A stretch of DNA of 64,000 nucleotides from Collinsella sp. (GTDB lineage Bacteria > Actinomycetota > Coriobacteriia > Coriobacteriales > Coriobacteriaceae). Positions within the stretch are counted from its first letter, which is position 1; each line of letters starts with the position of its first letter. Shown here in pieces: positions 19,101 through 31,391 of the stretch. The stretch is from contig JAGZYM010000005.1 in the NCBI GenBank assembly GCA_018377855.1, positions 15,567-79,566 on the forward strand, written 5' to 3'. A program made the position numbers and the translations under genes. The notes below the pieces were generated by a model. The model made no database searches. It had not been told where the DNA came from and worked only from the letters and a program-made list of their open reading frames with translations.

Positions 19101-20063
19101 CTACTCGTGGATGCGGGTGCCGGAGAGGCCGGCCATGGTCTCGGCGGCCTTGTCCAGAGCGCCGATGATGCAGGTACGGCCCTTGCGGGAACGGGCGAAC
19201 TTGATGGCGGCGCGGACCTTGGGCTCCATGGAACCCTTGCCGAACTGGCCCTCGTCGGCCAGGCGCTCGGCCTCGTCGGCGGTGATGTCCTCGAGCTCCT
19301 CCTGGTTGGGCTTACCAAAGTTGATGGCGACATGCTCAACGGCGGTCAGCAGGAACAGAACGTCAGCGTCGCAGTCCTCGGCCAGCAGCTCGCCGCCCAG
19401 GTCCTTGTCGATGACGGCGGGGACGCCCTTGTAGCAGCCCTTGTTCTCGTAGTCGCGGACGACGGGGATGCCGCCGCCACCGCAGGCGATGACGATGAAC
19501 TCGTTGTCGAGCAGGTTGAGGATGGAGTCAGCCTCGACGATCTTCTTGGGATCGGGGGAAGCGACGACGCGACGCCAGCCGCGGCCGGAATCCTCGACGA
19601 AAACCTTGGAAGGATCCTCGGCCATGAACTCCTTGGCCTGCTCCTCGGTGTAGAAGGGGCCGATCGGCTTGGTCGGGTTCTTGAACGCGGGATCGTCCGG
19701 GTCGCACTCGATCTGGGTGACGACGGTGGCGGCGTGCCAACGCTTATAGCGCTTGTGCATCTCGCGGCCAATGCCCTGCTGCAGGTGATAGCCGATGTAG
19801 CCCTGGGACATGGCGCCGCACTCGGGCAGCGGCATCTCGGGGGTGCCGATGGCGTCGTGGGCAGCGGCGAAAGCGTTCTGAATCATGCCAACCTGCGGGC
19901 CGTTGCCGTGGGTGATGATGATCTCGTTGCCCTGCTCGATCAGGCCGAGGAGAGCGTGAGCGGTGTTGCTCACGGCCTCGATCTGCTCAACGGGGTTGTT
20001 GCCGAGGGCGTTGCCGCCAAGGGCGACGACGATACGATCGGGCTTGCCAAGAGGCTTAGACAT
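19101..20063 (-). CDS. arcC: carbamate kinase
   Basis: MSKPLGKPDRIVVALGGNAL... ; ATG at 20063 with AGGA RBS 9 nt upstream (ORF track 20120). Confidence 0.9.
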   Translation of the reverse strand: MSKPLGKPDRIVVALGGNALGNNPVEQIEAVSNTAHALLGLIEQGNEIIITHGNGPQVGMIQNAFAAAHDAIGTPEMPLPECGAMSQGYIGYHLQQGIGREMHKRYKRWHAATVVTQIECDPDDPAFKNPTKPIGPFYTEEQAKEFMAEDPSKVFVEDSGRGWRRVVASPDPKKIVEADSILNLLDNEFIVIACGGGGIPVVRDYENKGCYKGVPAVIDKDLGGELLAEDCDADVLFLLTAVEHVAINFGKPNQEELEDITADEAERLADEGQFGKGSMEPKVRAAIKFARSRKGRTCIIGALDKAAETMAGLSGTRIHE

Positions 20064-20120
20064 TGCTGGAATCCTTTCTGTAAAAGGCCTACAACCCATT
20101 AATAACCCGCGCCCGTGCAA

Positions 20121-20665
20121 TACGCGAGTTTATTAAGGTTTATATTCTCTTTATCGCTCATTTTATTCATTTTGAAAATAGTTGAACGGTGAACGGTCGC
20201 TTTTGCCCGCTCAGCGTAAAGAAACCCAGCTCAAGCATATCTACGTCATTTACGTGCAACTTTATTTTAATAGAGCAGGGATTAGACCAGATTATGCAAA
20301 CTGTATCTTTGCTAAACATAAAACAGACAGCGCAAAATCTTACTCGCACTATACGAGATTCTATGCACTTATTGGACGAGTATGCAGCCCTGCAATAACA
20401 TGGCGTTTTTCATCCAACTTAAGGAATAGACGAGTGCCTTTGCAGCGCGTCGGCCGGCAGCCGGCGAGCCGTCTCGTCGGTTGCCGCTTCCAGAAAATCA
20501 AAAACTGATATTGCGCGCGCAATTGCTGCATGGTACTTTAGCGAAGAACAGCGCGGGCTGGGGCGACAGAGATCTGCCGTGAAGTTTGGGTTCGGCGACC
20601 CCGCTGCTGTCTTCTCCTTATCCGCCAGCGAACCCCTTGAGCGACGGATTGAGGAGGTCCTTACT
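20121..20665. promoter_or_regulatory. roughly 540-bp AT-rich divergent intergenic region between arcC and the 20666 gene
   Basis: GC drops to about 38%; contains tandem GAACGGT GAACGGT and long A/T runs. Confidence 0.4.
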
Positions 20666-21082
20666 ATGACAAAAATGCTCAAGATCACGCTGAATGGCGA
20701 GACGTTTCTCGCCGACATGCTCTGGGACAAGGCTCCCGAGGCATGCAAGCTATTCGAATCGTCCTGTCCGGTCGAGTCACGTATCTTTTCGGCCAAAATC
20801 TGCGATGCCGAGGTGACGTATCCTGTCTCGGGCCCCATCGCCAATTACGAGCACATCGAGAACCCCGTCTTTCACGAGCCAGCGGGCGCCGTGAGCTGGT
20901 ATGGCGGATGGTCATCAATCTGCATCTTCTTTGACGTCTGTGAGCCTTTTGGCACCTGCAACATGTTCGCCCGCATCTGCGAGACAGACCGTGAACGCTT
21001 TGCCGCTGCCTGCCGCAATGTCTGGGACAACCAGGGCATGTACATTAAAAACGAAATCGTCGAGATCGAGGCGGAGGCCTAA
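20666..21082 (+). CDS. hypothetical Cys-containing protein (possibly cyclophilin-like DUF3830-type fold)
   Basis: Start at MTKMLKITLNG preceded by GAGGAGG; ORF track lists a longer 20579 start. Confidence 0.45.
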   Translation: MTKMLKITLNGETFLADMLWDKAPEACKLFESSCPVESRIFSAKICDAEVTYPVSGPIANYEHIENPVFHEPAGAVSWYGGWSSICIFFDVCEPFGTCNMFARICETDRERFAAACRNVWDNQGMYIKNEIVEIEAEA

Positions 21083-21084
21083 AG

Positions 21085-21609
21085 ATGATGGATATCAACA
21101 CCCTGCTCACACTCGACCTTGCCGAGTACACCGCTGCACTTGAGGCCCTCGCCGACCAAATGATGCTCGAGGAGCCCCGCGACATCGACCTGATGCGCCG
21201 CCGCAAGCTCGACACCGGCCGCGAATTCGCCGTCTGGAACTTCACCGTCGGCTACTGCATGAACGCCACCGACGCCCTCTCCCTCCTGCGAGCCCAGGCC
21301 AACGAAAACGCCAACGATGGCACCGCCGACCTCGCAACGATCAACAACAGCGCCGCACGCCTGTGCGACTGGTTCTCGGGCGCCTTCGACGTCACCGGCA
21401 AAATGGATGACACCACGGCAATCCTCGCCCACAGCCGCGACCTCTACGCCCAGGTAGAGACTCACGAACAGTTTGCAGCCCTCACCCGCGCCACCGAGCG
21501 CTATCTGGTCCAGCTCCAATTTTGGGTTGACCGCCAGATTCCCTGGCCGGCTATTAGCGACTTCGTCCACGGCTACCGCCTACGCACAGAGAGCGGCGAG
21601 ACAAGGTAA
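21085..21609 (+). CDS. hypothetical protein
   Basis: 174-aa ORF 3 nt after the previous stop; codon usage consistent with the host. Confidence 0.5.
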   Translation: MMDINTLLTLDLAEYTAALEALADQMMLEEPRDIDLMRRRKLDTGREFAVWNFTVGYCMNATDALSLLRAQANENANDGTADLATINNSAARLCDWFSGAFDVTGKMDDTTAILAHSRDLYAQVETHEQFAALTRATERYLVQLQFWVDRQIPWPAISDFVHGYRLRTESGETR

Positions 21610-21760
21610 CCAAGCAAGCAGCACCGACAACACCCCACCATCGGGATCCAAAGTAAGAATCAGAGGGCTGGAGACGCACCCAACAGCGTCCCCAGCCCCT
21701 TCGCAAAGTAGAGCACTGTTTCAGTGGCTTTGAGGCCTATTCGAACCTTTGCTATCTCCC

Positions 21761-21840
21761 AATTTTTGTATTTTTACAACAATATTATCTGCAAATTTTT
21801 GTATGATTTTAGGCGATTCTATCTGTCAATTTTTGTCATT
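21761..21840 (+). promoter_or_regulatory. three phased AATTTTTGT(A/C) repeats (21761, 21794, 21828; about 33-bp spacing) upstream of the AAA ATPase gene
   Basis: Direct repeats visible in the sequence; helical phasing suggests a binding-site array or promoter UP elements. Confidence 0.35.
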
Positions 21841-21850
21841 TGGGGGTTTA

Positions 21851-23212
21851 ATGCTACGCCGTAAGGTCACTGATAGGCTTTTGAGCTGGAAGAATAACTC
21901 CAATAAGGCATTACTCGTTACTGGTGCGCGTCAGATTGGCAAGAGCTATGCGATTCGCGCGTTTGGACAAAGCAACTACGCTTCGTATTTTGAGGTCAAT
22001 TTACTACTCGATGTCGAAGCAAGGAATGCACTTGTTGGCGCAAAGAACTCCGTTGACTTTATCAACCGTGTAGCCCTTCTTGCGGATGCGCCGCTTGTTG
22101 AGGGCGATACGCTTGTCTTTGTCGATGAGATTCAGGAGTATCCGCAGATCGTTACACTCATGAAGGCGTTGGTCGAGGATGGGCGCTTTAGCTATGTCTT
22201 CTCGGGGTCTATGCTTGGGACTGAGTTTAAGGGGGTCTCTTCTTTTCCGGTGGGGTATGTAGAGCACATTGTTATGCGCCCGATGGATTTTGAAGAGTTT
22301 TGTTGGGCAAACAGCGTTAGCGAGAATGTGCTTGCAGGCATTCGCAGCTGCCTTGTCGAGAAACATCCTGTCGAAAACTATATTCATGAGGCGATGCTCA
22401 AGAACTATAGAGCTTATATCGTTTGCGGCGGCATGCCGGAGGTCGTTCAGAATTATATTGATTCGGGTTATTCGCTCGTGAGCACACGTGAGCTTCAAAC
22501 TCAGCTGGTCGATCAGTACAAAAGCGATATCTCAAAATATGCATCGACTCGAGCGTTTAACGTTCGGTCGATTTTTGAGCAAATTCCCGTTCAGCTTGAG
22601 GCGGAGTCTCATCGCTTTGTTGTTTCGTCTCTGGGTGAGGGAGCTCGCCTTAAAAAATATGAGCAGGATTTCCTGTGGCTTGTTAACGCAGGTGTTGGAT
22701 TGATGGTCGCCAGGGTGACGGAGCCACGGAGTCCTCTCAAGAGGACGGAGAAAACGACGGCCTTCAAACTATATGAGTCTGATACGGGCATGCTCGCATC
22801 GCGGTACCCCGGCAGCACCGCACGCGCTGTCTATCTTGATATGAAAACTCCCAACCTTGGTGGTCTCTATGAGAACGTGGTCGCGCAGGAACTTGTTGCC
22901 CTCGGGGCGGATGCATGGTACTACCAAACGCGTGAGGTCGGTGAAGTTGACTTTGTGATCGAAGGCGCCCACGGGCACGTTGTCCCAATCGAGGTCAAAT
23001 CGGGCAAGAAAGTTCGAGCGCACGCGGCCCTCGATCGTCTGATGAGTGTGGGCGAGTACAAAATTCCCGAGGCCGTTGTACTAAGCCACGAGAATCTCAG
23101 CAAAGAGGGCAAGGTTCTGTACGTTCCAATCTACATGACGTTTTGTCTCGATGAGTTTATGGAAAAGGATGACCCCAATAACGATTTCTCGTTCGCGCCC
23201 ATATCTCTCTAG
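21851..23212 (+). CDS. AAA-family ATPase with DUF4143 C-terminal domain
   Basis: KALLVTGARQIGKSY Walker A; VFVDEIQ Walker B; start at MLRRK with GGGGG RBS (ORF track 21749); GC lower than its neighbours. Confidence 0.8.
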   Translation: MLRRKVTDRLLSWKNNSNKALLVTGARQIGKSYAIRAFGQSNYASYFEVNLLLDVEARNALVGAKNSVDFINRVALLADAPLVEGDTLVFVDEIQEYPQIVTLMKALVEDGRFSYVFSGSMLGTEFKGVSSFPVGYVEHIVMRPMDFEEFCWANSVSENVLAGIRSCLVEKHPVENYIHEAMLKNYRAYIVCGGMPEVVQNYIDSGYSLVSTRELQTQLVDQYKSDISKYASTRAFNVRSIFEQIPVQLEAESHRFVVSSLGEGARLKKYEQDFLWLVNAGVGLMVARVTEPRSPLKRTEKTTAFKLYESDTGMLASRYPGSTARAVYLDMKTPNLGGLYENVVAQELVALGADAWYYQTREVGEVDFVIEGAHGHVVPIEVKSGKKVRAHAALDRLMSVGEYKIPEAVVLSHENLSKEGKVLYVPIYMTFCLDEFMEKDDPNNDFSFAPISL

Positions 23213-23270
23213 CCATTTGAATCTGCAATCCAGCCCCGTCCACGCATCAATGCATTTCCCAAGGTGCTGC

Positions 23271-23380
23271 GCGTTTCGCGGCAAAGCCGCGAAAAAGCAA
23301 AGGGATAAGAAGCCGCAACAACCCCGCCCCCCATCCATCCCCAAAGCAACGCGCCTTTCGCGGCAAAGCCGCGAAACAGC
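23271..23380. repeat. two copies of the palindromic hairpin TTTCGCGGC-AAA-GCCGCGAAA (23271-23298 and 23351-23380) in a convergent intergenic region
   Basis: Direct repeat of a 21-nt perfect palindrome about 80 bp apart. Confidence 0.5.
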
Positions 23381-23447
23381 GACCGGGACAAAAGGCCCCA
23401 CCAACCACGTCCTTCATTCAGCCACACAATCCAAGGACGTAGTCGTA

Positions 23448-23572
23448 GCAGGATCTGAGGGCTGACCTTCGCGGACACTCCGCAGGACGAAAGAACCCCC
23501 GCCGCACGTAGTGCGCAGCGGGGGTTCTTTCATGTCCGAGGACATCCGCGAAGGTCAGCCCTCAGATCCTGC
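23448..23572. repeat. nested palindrome: outer 25-bp inverted repeat (AGGATCTGAGGGCTGACCTTCGCGG...) around inner hairpin GAAAGAACCCCCGC...GCGGGGGTTCTTTC, immediately 3' of PFOR
   Basis: Read directly; probable transcription terminator or processing structure for nifJ. Confidence 0.5.
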
Positions 23573-23582
23573 GGTGGGAGAC

Positions 23583-27122
<3,540 letters not shown>

Positions 27123-27468
27123 ATACCCCTCTCCTCTCATATAGGTATACAGGCCCCGGCGATCGCCGGGATGTTGGCGTGATGGGATTTACGCTGTTGC
27201 TTCCAATCATCTGGCAGGCGGACTCAGCAGCAGGTACATGGCGTGGAGAGAAGGCATGCCGAGGCGAGGAGGGCTGCACGCGCTCCACAAGCCCAGCTAC
27301 CCGTCTTGCACATGACCGAGCGCCGCAAAGGCCGCATGCCGGATGCTCCCGGGCACGCCCCGGCGATGGGAAGCGCCCGCAACGGAAATCCGCATGCGGG
27401 TTTATTGTACCCCGCCGTTAAGTGTAATTTCGACAAATATAGGCGGGCGGTAAAGGTTTACCTCGGGT

Positions 27469-27995
27469 GACCGCCAAAGGCCAGAATGGTCCCTCCATCC
27501 CCGGACGACTGGCTCTGACGCGCCAAGGAGTGTCCCCAAGTACCGGCAGGAAAGGAACGTCCCTAACTGCCGGCTAGAGGGCGCCGAGCAGGATGGCGTA
27601 GGTGGTGGATTCGCCGAGTTTGAGCTCGTCGCCGGGGTTGAGCTGGGCGGAGCGGCCGGGCTCTACTTGAATACACACACTCGTGGCCCCGTTTACCACC
27701 ACGGTGCCGTTAGTGGACGACAGGTCCTCGACAAACCATGCGCCAGACTCGTCGCACCAGATATGGGCATGGCGGGCCGAGACGTCGTCGGTGATGCCGC
27801 CCTCCCCCGTTGCCAGCGCGCCGATCTCAACGCCTTCCTCACTCGGCTGAATCCAGCGCGGGACGCTCACCACGTAGCCGTTTTGCACGCACAGCAGTCC
27901 CAGCGGATGCGCCGGCGCGACCTCGTGCTCGCCCGCGACCGAAGATGTGCTCAGCGAGCGCGGCGTCGACGTGTCGCCGCCACGGGTCGCATGAG
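27469..27995. repeat. left copy of a roughly 530-bp direct repeat (about 85% identical to 34205-34748) covering the FHA-domain coding region and its 3' flank
   Basis: Nucleotide alignment by eye; includes the shared 45-nt motif. Confidence 0.75.
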
Positions 27996-28047
27996 CGCGG
28001 CGGCTCGCCCGACTTGGAACTAAGGCGGGCGTGAGAGCAAACGGCAT
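27574..28047 (-). CDS. FHA-domain protein, truncated paralogue (FHA domain only) of the 34310-35248 gene
   Basis: C-terminal 135 aa nearly identical to the paralogue (VSARHAHIWCD...VEDLSSTNGTVVNG); unique 18-aa N-terminus. Confidence 0.6.
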   Translation of the reverse strand: MPFALTPALVPSRASRRAHATRGGDTSTPRSLSTSSVAGEHEVAPAHPLGLLCVQNGYVVSVPRWIQPSEEGVEIGALATGEGGITDDVSARHAHIWCDESGAWFVEDLSSTNGTVVVNGATSVCIQVEPGRSAQLNPGDELKLGESTTYAILLGAL

Positions 28048-28533
28048 AGGGAACGAATCTTGCGGATGTACTCCTCGACGTCAGGCAGGTAAGCCCCACG
28101 AAGTCACCGGGGAGGCCCAAGCGGCCCGGCACCACTTCCAGATTCTGACCAGGGCGAGTCGTTCGCCGGTGGCTGAAGGCTCGCTCCCACCCAAAAGGGG
28201 AGATTCGCGTTGTTCCCCAATCGCTCTCGCATCTTTCATTTTGCTCGAGGTGGGCTATAAAAACTTTCCTGGTGAAAGGCGGCGATTGGTTTCCTTTCTT
28301 TCTAGAGGAGCGCGCCTGTAATCTGTTTTCATCCTAAATCAAGTTAAGATCGGACCTTCCAGAGGCAAGTCGACTCAAACTGCGAGGCTCCATGTTGGAA
28401 TAAAGAGCGCTGTCGAAGTGCCAACAACACAAAGCTTGCCAGTCTCAAATAGAACCTTTTGGGAGTCCGATTGGGCCGCACACCGAATCCCCGCTGGTGG
28501 TTTTTTATAGCTGCGCAACAATAAACAAGGTTA

Positions 28534-29922
28534 GTGCCAGTCCAGCATGAAATTGAGGAACGTATGCATTTTTTCTCAGTAAGTGATCGTCGTTACTGCT
28601 TCGATGAGGTCACTCGCAATTGCTTTCAGGTTGACCAAGCATCAGAAGATGCGCTTCGCATATTTGAAGCATCGGGAAGAACGGTCAACTCGAAGTTGCT
28701 AACAAAGTCACTTGCTGCGAAAGGCTACGACCAAACGACCATAGCAGAACTTGAAGACGACATTGATGAGTATCAACGATTGTCTGAGCGGACTTTCTTA
28801 ACAAAAGACACGCCTCGAAAACTTAGATCCATCGAACTCCACGTTTCACATGCATGCAACCTTGGTTGTAGTTACTGTTTTGCCGGTAAAGGAGATTATG
28901 GAACGTCTCCTCTGCTGATGACAGACGAGATAGCCTTCAAGGCGGTCGACTACCTCGTCGCAAGTTCATCGGAAAACGAAACGCTTGCGATCGTCTTTTT
29001 TGGTGGGGAACCCATGATTAACGAGCCGCTGATATGGAAAACGGTCGACTATTCAAAAAGAATATACCCCAATAGAAACTTTACCTATTCTATTACGACC
29101 AACGGAACGCTTTTGAATGACACTGCTGTGAATTCTTTCAAGGAGCACGGGTTTTCTGTTCTGATTAGTCTCGATGGTACAGGATGCAAGCACGATGCAT
29201 CGCGCCCGTACAAGACGGGAGGCGGCTCTTTCTCCGATATCGACAAAAACGTTCGTCGTTTTTCCGAGTCGTTCCCCTTCGGCGCAAGAGCGACCTTAAC
29301 AAATAATAACTGTAACCTTGTTGAAGACTATCTTCAGTTTAAAGAGATGGGCTTCAGAAGGATTTACTTCTCGCCCGTGAGCTCATTCGATGAGAATATC
29401 AAACTCGACGAACACTCATTAAACAAAATCAGGGCGGGCCTAATAGATTTGGCGGATCAATATCTCAAACAGATTGATCAAGGGGAAAAGCCCTTGTTTA
29501 GAACATTGAAAACTGCAGTTGATTTGATTATGAGTAACAGGATCGCCTTTGTCGGATGCGGGGCTGGCAGGCGTTTTATTTCCGTGACTCCCGAAGGGGA
29601 CGTATACCCCTGTCACAGGTTTGTCGGGATGATGCGATTCAAAATGGGCAACATCGTCACCGGAATTGACGAAACTAGGTATATTGAAAACTGGAGTCAG
29701 GGTGTCGAAAAAAGAATTGACTGTACGGACTGTTGGGCTCGGTCTTTCTGTGGTGGGGGCTGTAGCTGGGAGGCTGCAGACGAGCACGGCTACTTGCCCA
29801 AGAGTCTACACCCTGCATCATGTGAATATAGAAAAATGTGCTACGAGATGGCTTTTGACCTTATTTCCCGCCACTCATCTTCGCAGGAGAAAAATCAACG
29901 AGAAGCTACTGTATCGGAATAA
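28534..29922 (+). CDS. radical SAM/SPASM-domain peptide-modifying maturase with roughly 100-aa N-terminal RRE-like extension
   Basis: CNLGCSYC (CxxxCxxC) at residues 108-115; C-terminal SPASM cysteines CGAGRR...C...CTDCWARSFCGGGC...CEYRKMC; about 43% GC; alternative ATG at 28564. Confidence 0.85.
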   Translation: MPVQHEIEERMHFFSVSDRRYCFDEVTRNCFQVDQASEDALRIFEASGRTVNSKLLTKSLAAKGYDQTTIAELEDDIDEYQRLSERTFLTKDTPRKLRSIELHVSHACNLGCSYCFAGKGDYGTSPLLMTDEIAFKAVDYLVASSSENETLAIVFFGGEPMINEPLIWKTVDYSKRIYPNRNFTYSITTNGTLLNDTAVNSFKEHGFSVLISLDGTGCKHDASRPYKTGGGSFSDIDKNVRRFSESFPFGARATLTNNNCNLVEDYLQFKEMGFRRIYFSPVSSFDENIKLDEHSLNKIRAGLIDLADQYLKQIDQGEKPLFRTLKTAVDLIMSNRIAFVGCGAGRRFISVTPEGDVYPCHRFVGMMRFKMGNIVTGIDETRYIENWSQGVEKRIDCTDCWARSFCGGGCSWEAADEHGYLPKSLHPASCEYRKMCYEMAFDLISRHSSSQEKNQREATVSE

Positions 29923-30091
29923 GCGGTTCAGCGCATTGCTGTCACCATTGTGGAGGTGTTCGTTCTTCTGATTACCGTCTGCGAAGCTTATTGCTACATT
30001 CGCCGAAACCATTCTAGAAATATGGTGAACTAGACATCTTGGTTTGTTATACACAATATTGAGGTTTTTCTGCACTCAAAGGGAGGTAGTC

Positions 30092-30295
30092 GTGAAGCAT
30101 ATTCATCCGATTAATCCAGGAAGTGGCGACGAGGCAGGCGTGAAGCCGATGTCTTTTGACTGCCTCTTGGGCATTACTGACATCTGTACTGTTTATGATA
30201 AAGCAGATGGCTGTGGTGCATACGATTACTGCGACTATGACATGGATGGCGGCAGCATCTGCGTTGTAGATCACTGTGGCATTGATCAAACGTAG
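30092..30295 (+). CDS. RiPP precursor peptide 1 (67 aa; MKHIHP leader; core with 6 Cys and repeated C-x2-4-D spacing)
   Basis: GTG start 5 nt after AAGGGAGG; MKHIHPINPGSGDEAGVKPMSFDCLLGITDICTVYDKADGCGAYDYCDYDMDGGSICVVDHCGIDQT. Confidence 0.65.
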   Translation: MKHIHPINPGSGDEAGVKPMSFDCLLGITDICTVYDKADGCGAYDYCDYDMDGGSICVVDHCGIDQT

Positions 30296-30325
30296 TCTCT
30301 AATTGGATTAAGGTGAGGAGCTGTT

Positions 30326-30505
30326 ATGAAGCATATCCATCCTGTTGGTTCAAATGAACATCCTCCCGTTGAGCCTTGTTGTCTTGGAGTTGATATATGC
30401 AATTATTACGACATCGCCGAGTGCCCTGTTGCGGATTGGTGCTATGTCGATAAAGAATCAAGCTGTGTTTTGCCAGCAGATTGGTGCGATCCAGTTGACG
30501 AGTAG
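30326..30505 (+). CDS. RiPP precursor peptide 2 (59 aa; same leader family; 7 Cys), absent from the ORF track
   Basis: My own translation: ATG at 30326 after AGGTGAGGAG gives MKHIHPVGSNEHPPVEPCCLGVDICNYYDIAECPVADWCYVDKESSCVLPADWCDPVDE, stop TAG at 30503-30505. Confidence 0.65.
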   Translation: MKHIHPVGSNEHPPVEPCCLGVDICNYYDIAECPVADWCYVDKESSCVLPADWCDPVDE

Positions 30506-30583
30506 TTTTGTGGCTAGGAACTATTTGGTCCAATTCAGAATAAGATGGGAACAAATACCAAAATCTCGTGTCTGGGAGGAGTT

Positions 30584-30691
30584 ATGCCATTATTGCAAGG
30601 TCTCGTTGGATTAGCCTTTATACTTGCGTTATATCTGGCACCTTTTTTAATTCTATTCTTCATTATCCGACTCTTTCTTCGGAGAAAATAG
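30584..30691 (+). CDS. small hydrophobic peptide (35 aa, single TM, RRK C-terminus); candidate immunity or membrane partner
   Basis: ATG after GGGAGGAG; MPLLQGLVGLAFILALYLAPFLILFFIIRLFLRRK (my own translation, not in the ORF track). Confidence 0.3.
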   Translation: MPLLQGLVGLAFILALYLAPFLILFFIIRLFLRRK

Positions 30692-31391
30692 GAGTGTCAC
30701 GCAAACATTAGCGTAGCTTTCTTCCAATATGAGCCGAGCATTGGCAAGTGGAATAAGAAGCCCGACCGTTCGCCACATGAAAGTGATCGGACGGGCTTCT
30801 CTATTTAACCCGGGCCGCCACCCATAGCGGCTTTCCAAGCGTATTCTCAGTGCAAAGCAATCGTCAGTTTAATCCTATGCGCTGATACCGCATTTCATTT
30901 GTTCGGCTCGAATTCTACGGCCTGGCAACCCTCGCACTCTCCGGCAAATGGATTGAACGCGAAGGCAGAGATGATGTGTGCGTGGACATCGAGGCTGCTG
31001 TAGGCAACATACTGGGACATGGACCCCCGCTGCGCGTGGTATGCGGCCCGGCATATTCATTGCCGTCCAACCCCGTGTAGTTGCAGCAAAGGGTGGAACC
31101 TCAATGCTCAGCTCATGTTGTCCGTGGGACACGAGAATCGTAAGTACACTTTGGTGCGATTCTCACGCTGATACTGAGCCACCTGGAATAAGATACGTCG
31201 CGACAACACTTCGCTTCACCTCTGTCTCGACAAGATGACGTAGACTAAAGTTTCCTTTAGTAAGAGAACGAGAACTATATCTGAAAGCGTTGCGATGGCG
31301 TGAAGGCACCGAGTCCGAACCGCCTGAATGCTACGTGCATCTGCATCGCCTTTTTGTTATCTCTGCCAGTTGGGTAGCACTACACTTGTCA

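Noticed and set aside
30875-31238. Overlapping ORFs 30875-31132 (minus) and 30978-31238 (plus) between the peptides and the ABC transporter
   Set aside because: No RBS, no recognisable domains, and the frames contradict each other. Probably decayed island DNA.
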